DNA from: Gemmatimonadota bacterium | GTDB lineage: Bacteria; Latescibacterota; UBA2968; UBA8231 | Length of the DNA stretch: 64,000 nt | Assembly (NCBI GenBank): GCA_038128265.1 | Contig: JAYPJE010000003.1 | Coordinates: 32,001-96,000 of the forward strand | Direction of reading: 5' to 3' | Shown: piece after piece, positions 29,692 to 39,165 of the stretch | Numbering within the stretch: position 1 is the first letter of the stretch | How the letters are laid out: each line of letters opens with the position of its first letter | The notes under the pieces: model-generated | What the model saw: the letters and a program-made list of their open reading frames with translations, nothing else | The model's database searches: none | Told to the model about the DNA's origin: nothing | Position numbers and translations under genes: made by a program

Positions 29692-30729
29692 TCAGCCATC
29701 GGCAGGCATGAACATCAGCTTGATACCTTCCTGGGCTTCTGCTAGCGAAAACGCCTGCTCCCACTCGGATAGGCGCAGGTGATGGGTAATCAGTTTTTCA
29801 CTGGGAATGCGTCCGTTCTCCATCAGGCGCAATGCGCGCTTCCACGCCGGCCGCCGCTGGCCGATGCCCCCGCTAACCTGGAGTTCCTTGTAGGCGATCT
29901 GCTCGAAGTCAATTTCTATGGGTTTACCCGGTAAGCCCATCAGCGATACGCGTCCCCGCTTACGCACCAATTCCAACGCGAGGCGCATGGCCGGCGCCGC
30001 GCCGGCACACTCGACCACCACATCAGCTCCGTACCCATCGGTTAACGCGCGGATGCGTTCGACCGGGTCGCAGGCGTCGATATTGACGACGTGCTGGACG
30101 CCCAGCTCTTCGGCCAGACGCAGTCGCTGCTCGTCTCGCTGCGTCCCAAATAAGACGACGGTTCCTCCCTCAGCCAGTGCCACCAACGCCGCAAATAGCC
30201 CCACGGGCCCCGGTCCGGTGATCGCCACGATATCACCGGCAACTACACCGGCCTGTTCGATGACAGAGTGAACACAGCAGGCGAGCAGCTCCGTCAGCGC
30301 GCCGGCCTCAAATCCCACCGATTCCGGCAGCTTGTGCACAAAGGTCGCATCGCAGTAGGGTGCAAAACAGCCGTCGTGCCAGTAACCCATAACTTTGCGC
30401 TCGGGACACAGATTGTAGTGTTCGGAAAGGCAGTAGTCGCAGCGTCCGCAAATGTCTATACTCGGCTCGCCCGTAACGCGATCGCCCACCGAAACGTGCT
30501 CGCCTACGTCGGCGCCCTTCTCGACAACTACACCACTGAACTCATGCCCCATGACCACCGGCGTGCGAATATTGTAGTTTATTGTGTCGTGGTAAACGTG
30601 CAGGTCCGACCCACAAATTCCCGTCGCACGCACTTCGATACGCACCTGGTTGGCCGGCAGGGCACGCTCTTCAATAGCGCGCAACGCAACGTGCCCACTC
30701 CCGCGCTCATATTTAATCACTCCCTGCAT
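29692..30729 (-). CDS. Zinc-dependent medium-chain (sorbitol/threonine-type) dehydrogenase
   Basis: GICGSDLH, GHEFSG, CxxCxxC...C structural zinc site, GPGPVG. Confidence 0.92.
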   Translation of the reverse strand: MQGVIKYERGSGHVALRAIEERALPANQVRIEVRATGICGSDLHVYHDTINYNIRTPVVMGHEFSGVVVEKGADVGEHVSVGDRVTGEPSIDICGRCDYCLSEHYNLCPERKVMGYWHDGCFAPYCDATFVHKLPESVGFEAGALTELLACCVHSVIEQAGVVAGDIVAITGPGPVGLFAALVALAEGGTVVLFGTQRDEQRLRLAEELGVQHVVNIDACDPVERIRALTDGYGADVVVECAGAAPAMRLALELVRKRGRVSLMGLPGKPIEIDFEQIAYKELQVSGGIGQRRPAWKRALRLMENGRIPSEKLITHHLRLSEWEQAFSLAEAQEGIKLMFMPADG

Positions 30730-31093
30730 TGTGCAATCCTTTCTATCCGCTGCGGCCGAACGCGCTATAGACGAACCCTAAACTTGCCTGCAACACGCAC
30801 TTCCGATCGACATAATCCCCAGGCACACGGGCTGCCTTTGATCTTGTTCTCCATAGAACTTTCGGCCAACTGTAGAAATAGTTATCTTATTTGAGCATTT
30901 TAGATAAATAGATTTCTTTTCTCTTTTTTAATACTTTGTTACCTTGATATAGGCCATAAGCACAACCATACATCGTGAATGTGCCAATGGAGACAAAAAC
31001 GAGTGACTATATACCCACAAAGAGAGCCCTTGTGCGCGACTGTTTTGCGAGTGTCCCCCCTTAAGATGCGATCACTATAGTAAGCATTCCACT

Positions 31094-31645
31094 GTGACTC
31101 TTTTGCGCTGTATCCTCCCCATCCTCTTCGCTCTGACTGCCGTGCTGTGCGCCCCCTCGTCGGCTCAAAGCCCTTCTGAGCACCAGGTTAAGGCCGCTTT
31201 CCTGTACAACTTTGCCAACTTCGTAGAGTGGCCCTCTTCTGCGCTTGACGACACGTCTTCTATCGTCATCGGTATTCTCGGGGAAGACCCCTTTGGCCAG
31301 GTATTTACTCCCTTTGAAAACCGCTCAGTAAAAGGCCATCCCCTGCGTATCATCCACTCAAAGCTACTGCAGGAGCTTCCCTTCTGCCACATTCTTTTCA
31401 TCAGTTCTTCAGAGGAAAAAAATCTACCGCAAATTTTCCAATATCTTAGCGATAGACCCGTCCTGACCGTCGGCGAATCCGTTGGTTTTGCCCAGCGCGG
31501 CGGAGCGATTAACTTCGTGATGAAAAATAAAAAAGTGCGATTTGAAATCAACCAGCAGCGCGCGGGAAAGGCCGATTTGAAGATCAGTTCTAAGCTACTC
31601 AAACTCGCATCGATCGTCGAGGACGCACCGGAGTATATAGATTAA
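31094..31645 (+). CDS. YfiR/HmsC family periplasmic protein (DUF4154)
   Basis: Signal peptide; EHQVKAAFLYNFANFVEWP, GEDPFG, CHILFI, FEIN, ISSKLLKLA. Confidence 0.9.
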   Translation: MTLLRCILPILFALTAVLCAPSSAQSPSEHQVKAAFLYNFANFVEWPSSALDDTSSIVIGILGEDPFGQVFTPFENRSVKGHPLRIIHSKLLQELPFCHILFISSSEEKNLPQIFQYLSDRPVLTVGESVGFAQRGGAINFVMKNKKVRFEINQQRAGKADLKISSKLLKLASIVEDAPEYID

Positions 31646-33057
31646 TGGTCTCTTTCCGCGACGTATCAATTAAGCGCAAATTAACCACCATTATCCTGCT
31701 TTCTAGCAGTATTGCGCTCATTCTCTCCTGTGCCGCATTGGCCACCTACGATTGGATTTCCTCCGAGCGCGCGCTCGTCAATCGCATCGGTACAATGGCC
31801 GAGATAATCGGTCTCAACAGCACGGCGGCCCTGGCGTTCGACAGCGCCGAAGACGCACAAGAGACGCTTTCGGCCCTCCGCGTAGAACAGCATGTTGTGG
31901 CCGCTTATATCTACGATGCCGACGGCGCCCTCTTCGCCACGTATGCAGTCTCGGAACGGGCTTTTACTCCCACGAGCATGGGCGAAGACAGCCACTCTTT
32001 TATCGACGACCAACTGCACTTGCTGCGCACCATACAGCTCGACGGTCGACGAGTCGGATCGGTATATATCGTAACGGGCCTCGGCGAGATGGAAGATCGC
32101 CTGCAGCGCTATGCCGGCATCGTCGCCTTAGCGATACTAATCGCCTCGGCGGCCTCGTTTCTAGTCGGTGCGCGCCTCCGCGACCAAATTTCCACGCCGC
32201 TGTTAAACCTGGCGGCGCAGATGCGCACCGTATCCAGCCAACAGGACTACAGCGTGCGTGCACAGAGCTATAGCCGCGACGAACTCGGCGAGCTAATCGA
32301 CGGGTTCAACGACATGTTGGAGCAGATACAGGATCGCGACGTCGCGCTGATCCAAGCGCGCGACGATCTTTCGCACAAAGCCGACGAGCTTCAAGTAGAG
32401 CTAGTGGAACGCCACCGCATCGAAGCACAGATAACGGCCTCGCTCGAAGAGAAAGAAGTGCTCCTGAAAGAGATTCACCACCGCGTGAAAAATAATCTGC
32501 AGGTCATATCTAGCCTGCTCGACCTGCAGGCCAACAACATCCGTGACGAACAGACAGTATCTATGTTCCGCGATAGCCAAAATCGCGTCACTTCGATGGG
32601 CCTCATACATGAGCGCCTTTACCAAGCCAGCGATCTGGCGCGCATCGAGTTTTCTGAGTATATCGCCGAACTCACACAGAACCTGCTCCAATCGTACTCC
32701 ACCAACGCGCACAACATCAGCCTATCGACGACGGCTGACCCCATTTCTCTCGACGTAGACACCAGTATTCCTTGTGGCCTGATCATTAATGAATTAGTTT
32801 CCAACTCGCTTAAGTATGCATTTCCGGATGGACGAGAAGGACGCATTCACGTTGAGCTACGGAAGTGTGAAGCGAACGAACTGCTACTTGTAGTCAGGGA
32901 TAACGGCATAGGTCTGCCAGAGGGATTCGACGCGCGCAAAACGCAGTCGCTGGGTCTGAAGCTCGTACACACACTGGTGCGACAGCTCAGGGGCAAGCTG
33001 GAAATCTCTGGTTCTAACGGCGCCGAGTTCTCCATTCGCTTCACCACACATAGCTAG
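31645..33057 (+). CDS. Membrane sensor histidine kinase (YfiN-like periplasmic sensor, HAMP, HisKA_2, HATPase)
   Basis: Two TM helices; NSTAALAFDS.EDAQETLSAL; DELGELIDGFNDML; LLKEIHHRVKNNLQ; NELVSNSLKYAF; DNGIG; SLGL. Confidence 0.9.
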   Translation: MVSFRDVSIKRKLTTIILLSSSIALILSCAALATYDWISSERALVNRIGTMAEIIGLNSTAALAFDSAEDAQETLSALRVEQHVVAAYIYDADGALFATYAVSERAFTPTSMGEDSHSFIDDQLHLLRTIQLDGRRVGSVYIVTGLGEMEDRLQRYAGIVALAILIASAASFLVGARLRDQISTPLLNLAAQMRTVSSQQDYSVRAQSYSRDELGELIDGFNDMLEQIQDRDVALIQARDDLSHKADELQVELVERHRIEAQITASLEEKEVLLKEIHHRVKNNLQVISSLLDLQANNIRDEQTVSMFRDSQNRVTSMGLIHERLYQASDLARIEFSEYIAELTQNLLQSYSTNAHNISLSTTADPISLDVDTSIPCGLIINELVSNSLKYAFPDGREGRIHVELRKCEANELLLVVRDNGIGLPEGFDARKTQSLGLKLVHTLVRQLRGKLEISGSNGAEFSIRFTTHS

Positions 33058-33075
33058 AGGCATAGGAGCGATGAG

Positions 33076-34680
33076 GTGTCAGCGAAACGCATTATGGTCG
33101 TCGAGGACGAGGCTATAGTAGCGCTCGACCTCCAAAGCAAGCTCGAGGACAAAGGCTACGAAGTACCCGCCATATTGGCCACGGGCGAAGACGCCATCAA
33201 GAGGGCCGGGGAGCTGTTGCCCGACCTAATCCTCATGGACATCAACCTCGCCGGTCAGCTCGACGGCACGCAGGCGGCTGAACAGATACACAAGCAGTAC
33301 GATATACCGGTAGTCTATCTGACGGCTTTTTCGGACGAGAAAACGCTCGAAAGAGCCAAAGGGGCAGCTCCTTTTGGCTATATGCTCAAGCCATTTGAGG
33401 AGAAGAAGCTCTATGCCACCGTTGAAATCGCCCTTTACAAGCATCAATCCGACCGGGAAAAAGAGCGGCTCGAAGCACAGCTGAGCCAATCGAGGAAAAT
33501 GGAGGCCATCGGTCGCCTGACCGCCGGCATGGCCTACCACTTCACCAATATCTTGCAGGGCATACAGGGCAATCTCGACCTGGCCATGCTCAACGCCTCG
33601 GACGGGCTAAGGCCCTTTCTCGACGCAGCAGACTACGATACCCAGCGCGCCGCACAAGCGCTCAAACAGCTGCTGGCATTTTATCAGAGGGAAAACCTAC
33701 CGCACGCATCCGTCGACGTGCACTCCATCATCAGCGACGTAGCCGACACCTGTCGCAACGTATTCGCACGCAACCAGCGCCGCATGGTGGAGCTGCAGGT
33801 CGAGTCGAGCGACGATCCCGTCGCCGTATTGGGCGATTCCAACCAGCTGCGCCAGAGCCTGTCTAATCTGTGTATCAACGCCCGCGACGCACTCGAGTCG
33901 CTACCCACCGACGATCCACGCGCGGCGCGCATAGTGCTCGCTTCTCACGTAGTGGAGTTGCAAACGCTGCCGGCATCTGCGCATGCACACGCTACACCGG
34001 GCTCCTATGTGCAGCTCAGCGTGAGCGACAACGGAATCGGCATGGACGACGAGGCGAAAGAACACCTCTTTGAACCGTTCTACTCCAACGTCGACATCGA
34101 ACACGGAAAGGGCCTCAGCCTGGCTGCGACCTATTCGATCGTCAGCGAACACCAGGGCTGGATAGAATGCGACAGCACGCCGGGCGAAGGCACGACCATC
34201 TCCATATTCCTACCCGTGCAAACAGATCAAGAGCCCACCTCAGTTCGCGCGCTGAGCTCGCCCGAAATCATCACCAGCGATGATGCCATCTTCGATACGG
34301 ATCGGCTTCGCGGCACGGAAAAAATTCTCGTCATCGCCGACGTCGATCGCGGACGCCGCGTGCTCTCTGCAATGCTCGAACACCATGGTTACGACGTCCT
34401 CGTTGGCCTGGATATTCGCGACGGCCTGAACCTGTTTGAGATGGCGCGCAACGACGTCTCGCTCGTTCTGCTCGACCTATCGCAAACCAACAACTCCGCG
34501 CGCGAAATTCTCGACCAGATCCTCGCGTTGGATCCAGACGCGCACATCTTGGCCACGACGGGCTACACGCAGGACAGCACGCCGTGGCTCGGGGCGCAGG
34601 CCGTTCTCAACAAGCCCTTTAAGACGCATCACCTGCTGCGCACGGTGCGAAGTATTATCGACGGGAAGACGAATTCATAG
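33076..34680 (+). CDS. Hybrid REC-HisKA-HATPase-REC signalling protein with degenerate kinase motifs
   Basis: Intact N-terminal REC (VVEDE, LMDI, LTA, KPF); SRKMEAIGRLTAGMAYHFTN; NLCINARDA; DNGIGM; divergent C-terminal REC. Confidence 0.85.
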   Translation: MSAKRIMVVEDEAIVALDLQSKLEDKGYEVPAILATGEDAIKRAGELLPDLILMDINLAGQLDGTQAAEQIHKQYDIPVVYLTAFSDEKTLERAKGAAPFGYMLKPFEEKKLYATVEIALYKHQSDREKERLEAQLSQSRKMEAIGRLTAGMAYHFTNILQGIQGNLDLAMLNASDGLRPFLDAADYDTQRAAQALKQLLAFYQRENLPHASVDVHSIISDVADTCRNVFARNQRRMVELQVESSDDPVAVLGDSNQLRQSLSNLCINARDALESLPTDDPRAARIVLASHVVELQTLPASAHAHATPGSYVQLSVSDNGIGMDDEAKEHLFEPFYSNVDIEHGKGLSLAATYSIVSEHQGWIECDSTPGEGTTISIFLPVQTDQEPTSVRALSSPEIITSDDAIFDTDRLRGTEKILVIADVDRGRRVLSAMLEHHGYDVLVGLDIRDGLNLFEMARNDVSLVLLDLSQTNNSAREILDQILALDPDAHILATTGYTQDSTPWLGAQAVLNKPFKTHHLLRTVRSIIDGKTNS

Positions 34681-34906
34681 CGCAGGGGGAGACATCCCCT
34701 CAAGGCTATCTGGCGTGAGCGCTCGGCCGCGGCGGCCATGCTCCGAGCGGTTCACGCGCCTGCGGGCGACCCGTTTGCCTATCACCTTTCCATTCACACT
34801 GAACCGGCGGCCAGCCGTCTGCCCTCCAACTAGGCCGAGCCGGCTTGCTCCATGTCCAGAGCAAACCTTATATTCTGATCGCCCCCGCCTTTTTGCATTC
34901 CCATAG

Positions 34907-34982
34907 GCCGCTTTAGCTCAACTGGTAGAGCACCTGACTTGTAATCAGGAGGTTACGGGTTCGATTCCCGTAGGCGGCTCCA
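34907..34982 (+). tRNA. tRNA-Thr (anticodon UGU), CCA encoded
   Basis: Cloverleaf: acceptor GCCGCTT/AGGCGGC, D-arm GCTC-AACTGGTA-GAGC, anticodon arm CCTGA-CTTGTAA-TCAGG, T-loop TTCGATT. Confidence 0.97.
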
Positions 34983-35006
34983 CTTATTCCTCGCCAAAGC
35001 TCGCCT

Positions 35007-35789
35007 CTACTTCAGCACTTCGCGCGCCCTATCGGCCATCTCGGCCATGCCAAACTGCAGCATGCGCACGGCCGCACCGAAGCCGCCAAACTGCATGCCG
35101 CGCTGGTGCAATTTCTCCAACATACTCGTTCCAACAAAGTGACTGCCGGCGATTTTGCCGTGTTTCCGACAGGCCTCGACGAGGCGCTCTGCCACCGCCA
35201 GGACGCGCGGGTGCTCTACCTGTCCCGGCACACCCAGCGCCGTGCTCAAATCGCCAGGCCCCATATAGAGCATGTCGACGCCTGGCACGGCGGCCATATC
35301 TTCCAGGCAATTGACCGCCGCCTCCGTCTCTATTTGCACAATAGTCAGCAGGTGCTCGTTGGCATCCCGCATATAGCCGGCCAAATCTTCTGGTGCAGCA
35401 AACTCGTTGTGCGGACGCGCAAAATGGGCCCCGCGCTGGCCCAGCGGCGGGTATTTCGAGTACTCTACGGCGCGTTCGACGTCGGCCACAGTGTTGGCCA
35501 TCGGCACCATAACCCCTTCGGCCCCCGCGTCGAGCGCGCGCATAATCTCTCCCCGATCTGGACCGGACACGCGCACCAGCGGACACACGCCCCAGCGCTT
35601 ACCGGCATCGATCTGTTGGGCGATGTCCAGTGGATTCCAATAACCGTGTTCGTTATCCACCAACAAAAAATCAAAGTGCGCCTGCTGTAGAAAGCGCGCC
35701 AAAGCGGGCGTGCGCAGTTCTACGACAAACGTACCCATGGCAAAATGGCCCTCTTTGATGCGCTCGCGCATCGCGGCTGCTAGTTGCAT
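35007..35789 (-). CDS. HpcH/HpaI family aldolase
   Basis: LVDNEHG, RALDAGAEGVMVP, KYPPLGQRG, QIET, GPGDLS. Confidence 0.9.
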   Translation of the reverse strand: MQLAAAMRERIKEGHFAMGTFVVELRTPALARFLQQAHFDFLLVDNEHGYWNPLDIAQQIDAGKRWGVCPLVRVSGPDRGEIMRALDAGAEGVMVPMANTVADVERAVEYSKYPPLGQRGAHFARPHNEFAAPEDLAGYMRDANEHLLTIVQIETEAAVNCLEDMAAVPGVDMLYMGPGDLSTALGVPGQVEHPRVLAVAERLVEACRKHGKIAGSHFVGTSMLEKLHQRGMQFGGFGAAVRMLQFGMAEMADRAREVLK

Positions 35790-35848
35790 AATTCCCCCTT
35801 CGCAGTTTGTGCTTTACTATTCTACACGTCGCTTTTATTATAGCGCCT

Positions 35849-36610
35849 ATGGCTCGTCTAAACCCATGGCGTCGACCCCTCTTCTGCCTCGCACTGTGCC
35901 TATTTGCAAACGCGGCGACTGCAGTGACAACCTATCGGGGCAGTGCGAACTACCTGACGGTCTGGAGCACCAACATTCGCTTTCCCACCTTCAGCAAAGA
36001 ATTCAGCGAAGGGGCCGGCACCATACGAGTAGGCGGTGCCAAACAGCTCTTTCTCGATTCCGACAGCCAGTCGGTCGGCCTGCGCCTCACGCGCGAGTAT
36101 ATTCGCCCCAACGGTTCCGGTCTCGGTTTCTCCATATCGGCCTGGCGCGGCTCGTTTGCCGACGAGGCCTTCCTCTACGATAGAGAAGGCATCAATCGCT
36201 TTATCGCCGAGTATAGAAATCCCAAGCATACCTATCTCTTTGCCGACCTACACTTTGCGCTGGTACCGTGGGAATCGGGCTCCCGGGCGCTGGGCATATA
36301 CAGCCTGTTCAGCCTGGTAGGGGACCGCGAGGAATACCGCATTGAACGCTATGCGCTGCGCGGCACCGATCCAACCCGCAGAGATCTCAGCGAAGCGGAG
36401 CGCAGCCGCAGCGACCTGCGCTTTGGCTTTGGCTTTGGCACGCGACTGCATTTGGCTAAGCGCGCCGCCCTATGGCTGGAAAAGCGCTGGATCGTCGGCG
36501 AGCGCTTTGGCGTCGGCCAGACCCTAGGCGAGGGCGGCCTATTCGAAGGTGGACGCCAAAAGACGCTCTACGTCCCCTTTAACTCATTCGGTTTTTCACT
36601 GGCGTTCTAA
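35849..36610 (+). CDS. Putative outer-membrane beta-barrel protein
   Basis: Signal peptide ending ANAATA; alternating beta-strand pattern; C-terminal aromatic GFSLAF. Confidence 0.55.
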   Translation: MARLNPWRRPLFCLALCLFANAATAVTTYRGSANYLTVWSTNIRFPTFSKEFSEGAGTIRVGGAKQLFLDSDSQSVGLRLTREYIRPNGSGLGFSISAWRGSFADEAFLYDREGINRFIAEYRNPKHTYLFADLHFALVPWESGSRALGIYSLFSLVGDREEYRIERYALRGTDPTRRDLSEAERSRSDLRFGFGFGTRLHLAKRAALWLEKRWIVGERFGVGQTLGEGGLFEGGRQKTLYVPFNSFGFSLAF

Positions 36611-37112
36611 CCCATTCAGCCAAGTCCGACCACGGCTTATCGCTCCAAAAGCCCCGCGCCGCGCCCGACGTAGAAGGCAGGGCAAAAATCCGCGTCTCGG
36701 CAATGGTCTCCGGCTGCAGCCCGTATTCAACCGGTCGCTGCAAGAACAGCGAAGCCGCGCGCTTGCCGTTGAACGCCAGCGCACGCGGTGTCCATCGCTC
36801 TATTTTCCCACGCAGCAGCGGGGCATCGTAATCAGCGGGACGCAGCGCCGCATCGGCGCCGGAAACTCGCTTGGCCAAATCGGTCAGGCCAATGCCATAG
36901 CGCAGTACGTCATCATAGGCCCTCGCATCCAACACGGAGGGCAGCAGTCCAATAGCCTGGAGCGTAGGCCAGAAACGGTTGCCCGGACCTGCGTAGTAGG
37001 CCCTTGCCTGGGCCGAATGGGTGCCGGCTGCCGAGCCGCAAAAGACCACGTCCAATCCCACCTGCAATACATCGGGCAGCGCATCAACCGCGTGAACAGA
37101 TCGCTCAGCCAT
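36579..37112 (-). CDS. mug: G/U mismatch-specific DNA glycosylase
   Basis: LPDVL...VVFCG, YYAGPGNRFW, GIGLTDL, FNGK, LPSTSGA. Confidence 0.88.
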   Translation of the reverse strand: MAERSVHAVDALPDVLQVGLDVVFCGSAAGTHSAQARAYYAGPGNRFWPTLQAIGLLPSVLDARAYDDVLRYGIGLTDLAKRVSGADAALRPADYDAPLLRGKIERWTPRALAFNGKRAASLFLQRPVEYGLQPETIAETRIFALPSTSGAARGFWSDKPWSDLAEWVRTPVKNRMS

Positions 37113-37414
37113 ATGGCCCGCGTGCCGATCGACTGCGTATGTCCCATCTCGCCGTGCTGTATTTCATATTGCCTGGCGCCGCGCGCAAATGCGAGTTCCC
37201 AAACGGGGTGAAAAAATATAGCCAAAGTAAATGGGGGAGCCCACCGCTAGGCCGACCGCATTACCGGCCAACCAAGTAGACTAAACACAAAGAGCTGCCG
37301 AACCTCCGGACAGCACGCCCAATACCCCTTCGCCCTCGCACCCTATACTGCGTATATTTGCCCCGTTTTTCAACGGAATTTAACACGCACTGCAATTGGT
37401 TAGGAGCATGCCAT

Positions 37415-38629
37415 ATGGACACAGTACATCTTGCCTGTATTGGCCTAGGGGGACGCGGGACGGGCTTGGCCAACCTAGTCGCCAGCATGGACGACGTCCG
37501 CGTCGTCGCCGTATGCGACGGGTACGCCGACCGCGTCGAACGCGCCGTTCAGCGCATCGAAGAGGCGCACGGATACCGTCCGGAGGGCTATACCGACTAT
37601 CGCCCGTTACTCGATCGCCAAGACGTGGACGGAGCAATCGTCGCCACGAGTTGGACTACCCACGTAGAGGTCTCGCTCGCCGCGCTACGCGCAGGGCTCT
37701 ACGTGGGAACAGAAGTTGGCGGCGCCTCCTCCCTACAGGAGTGCTGGGAGCTCGTGCGCACGAGTGAGGAAACCGGCATGCCTTTTATGCTGCTGGAAAA
37801 TTGCTGCTACGGGCGCGAAGAAATGGCCGTGCTCAACATGGTCAAGAAGGGACTCTTTGGCGAGTTGATTCACTGCCAGTGCGGCTACGAACACGACCTG
37901 CGCTCCGAGATCACGCGCGGCGGAGAAAACCGACATTACCGGCTCAACAACTTTACCTACCGCAACGGCGATCTCTACCCTACGCACGGACTCGGTCCCA
38001 TCGCCAAAATGCTCGACATCAACAAGGGAAATCGCTTTGTCTCACTGGTATCGATGAGTTCTAAGGCACGCGGTCTCCATCAATACGCAGTCGATCAACT
38101 CGGTTCCGAACACGCCCAATTCGACACGGTCTTCAATCAGGGCGACATCACGACCACGATGATAAAGTGCGCCAACGGCGAGACCGTATTGCTAACGCAC
38201 GACTGCTCGCTGCCGCGACCCTATTCGCGCGCCCAGCGCGTGCAGGGCACCAAGGGGCTGTGGATGGAGGACAAGAATGCGCTGCACTTTGACGGCGACG
38301 GCGAAAACTGGGTGCCAATGGATGCCTTTTTCGAGGAACACGAACACCCCGTATGGAAAGACTTTATGGCCGGCGGTATCAAGGGCGGACACGGCGGCAT
38401 GGACTGGCTCGTTCAGCGCGCTTTTATCGAAGCAATAAAAGCACGCCGGCAAACGCCCATCGACGTCTACGACTCGGTGGCCTGGATGGCCGTCACCGCG
38501 CTGTCGGAAGACTCCATCGCCTGCGGCAGCCAGCCGCAGCCCTTTCCCGATTTCACCAACGGCAAGTGGATTCGCAACCGCCCCGACCCCGATCACTATT
38601 GGACATTAGATGGCATCTACTGCCCATAG
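37415..38629 (+). CDS. Gfo/Idh/MocA-fold NAD-dependent glycosidase (GH109-like)
   Basis: GLGGRG, MLLENCCY, YEHDLR, YPTHGLGP, RPYSR, GGHGGMD. ATG 37415 with AGGAG RBS; no signal peptide. Confidence 0.82.
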   Translation: MDTVHLACIGLGGRGTGLANLVASMDDVRVVAVCDGYADRVERAVQRIEEAHGYRPEGYTDYRPLLDRQDVDGAIVATSWTTHVEVSLAALRAGLYVGTEVGGASSLQECWELVRTSEETGMPFMLLENCCYGREEMAVLNMVKKGLFGELIHCQCGYEHDLRSEITRGGENRHYRLNNFTYRNGDLYPTHGLGPIAKMLDINKGNRFVSLVSMSSKARGLHQYAVDQLGSEHAQFDTVFNQGDITTTMIKCANGETVLLTHDCSLPRPYSRAQRVQGTKGLWMEDKNALHFDGDGENWVPMDAFFEEHEHPVWKDFMAGGIKGGHGGMDWLVQRAFIEAIKARRQTPIDVYDSVAWMAVTALSEDSIACGSQPQPFPDFTNGKWIRNRPDPDHYWTLDGIYCP

Positions 38630-38856
38630 GCTCGGCTTATGCCACGCCTAACCGCCCGTCGCATTCCCTATACTGCCCGCGGCACGGCGCGCCGCGGGGC
38701 AAAATATAAAAAACTTAAGATACTGTTTTTTCTTGATATACAAGACATATATTGACGAGTACGACAACCCCATTTTTTCTCGTTGACTTTTCGCCAGCAG
38801 GCCTTCTAATTCAAAAAAGGCGAACTTCTACACACCACGAATTAGGAGGATGTACC

Positions 38857-39126
38857 ATGCCCGCTGCCAAAAAGAGCAGGGTTAATTTCGTTCTTCACGC
38901 CCCCGGTGCGCGCGAAGTGTATCTCGCCGGGACTTTCAATGGTTGGGATCCACAGTCGCGGCCCTTGCGCTGCGATAAAAAGGGCAATTGGCGCACTTGG
39001 ATGAATCTGCCCACCGGCCCGCACGAGTATCGCTTTATTGTCAACGGCGACTGGCAGGAAGATCCGCAGGCCGACGAGCGCGCGGTAAATCCCTACGGGG
39101 CTTTCAACTCGGTGGTTCAGGTCTAA
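38857..39126 (+). CDS. Stand-alone glycogen-binding (CBM48/AMPK-beta-like) domain protein
   Basis: VYLAGTFNGW, GNW, HEYRFIVNGDWQEDP, NPYGAFNSV; AGGAGG RBS. Confidence 0.88.
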   Translation: MPAAKKSRVNFVLHAPGAREVYLAGTFNGWDPQSRPLRCDKKGNWRTWMNLPTGPHEYRFIVNGDWQEDPQADERAVNPYGAFNSVVQV

Positions 39127-39133
39127 ATGGCGC

Positions 39134-39165
39134 CCCTCGCCTGGAGCCGCGCTCCAGGCGGGGAT
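39134..39165. terminator. GC-rich hairpin between convergent genes
   Basis: CGCCTGGAGC-CGC-GCTCCAGGCG core; weak U-tract. Confidence 0.5.

Noticed and set aside
30730..31093. c-di-GMP riboswitch, 25-codon leader ORF or sigma-54 site upstream of yfiR
   Set aside because: No GEMM-like consensus, only weak pairings, no RBS for the short ORF, and the minus-strand TTGGCAC lacks the -12 GC.
34684..34760. Hairpins between the hybrid kinase and the tRNA as a possible ncRNA
   Set aside because: Imperfect GC-rich stems with no recognisable family; more likely 3' UTR structure.
30840..34982. Genomic island anchored at tRNA-Thr
   Set aside because: Somewhat lower GC, but no integrase, no duplicated tRNA end seen, and the block lies on the 5' side of the tRNA.
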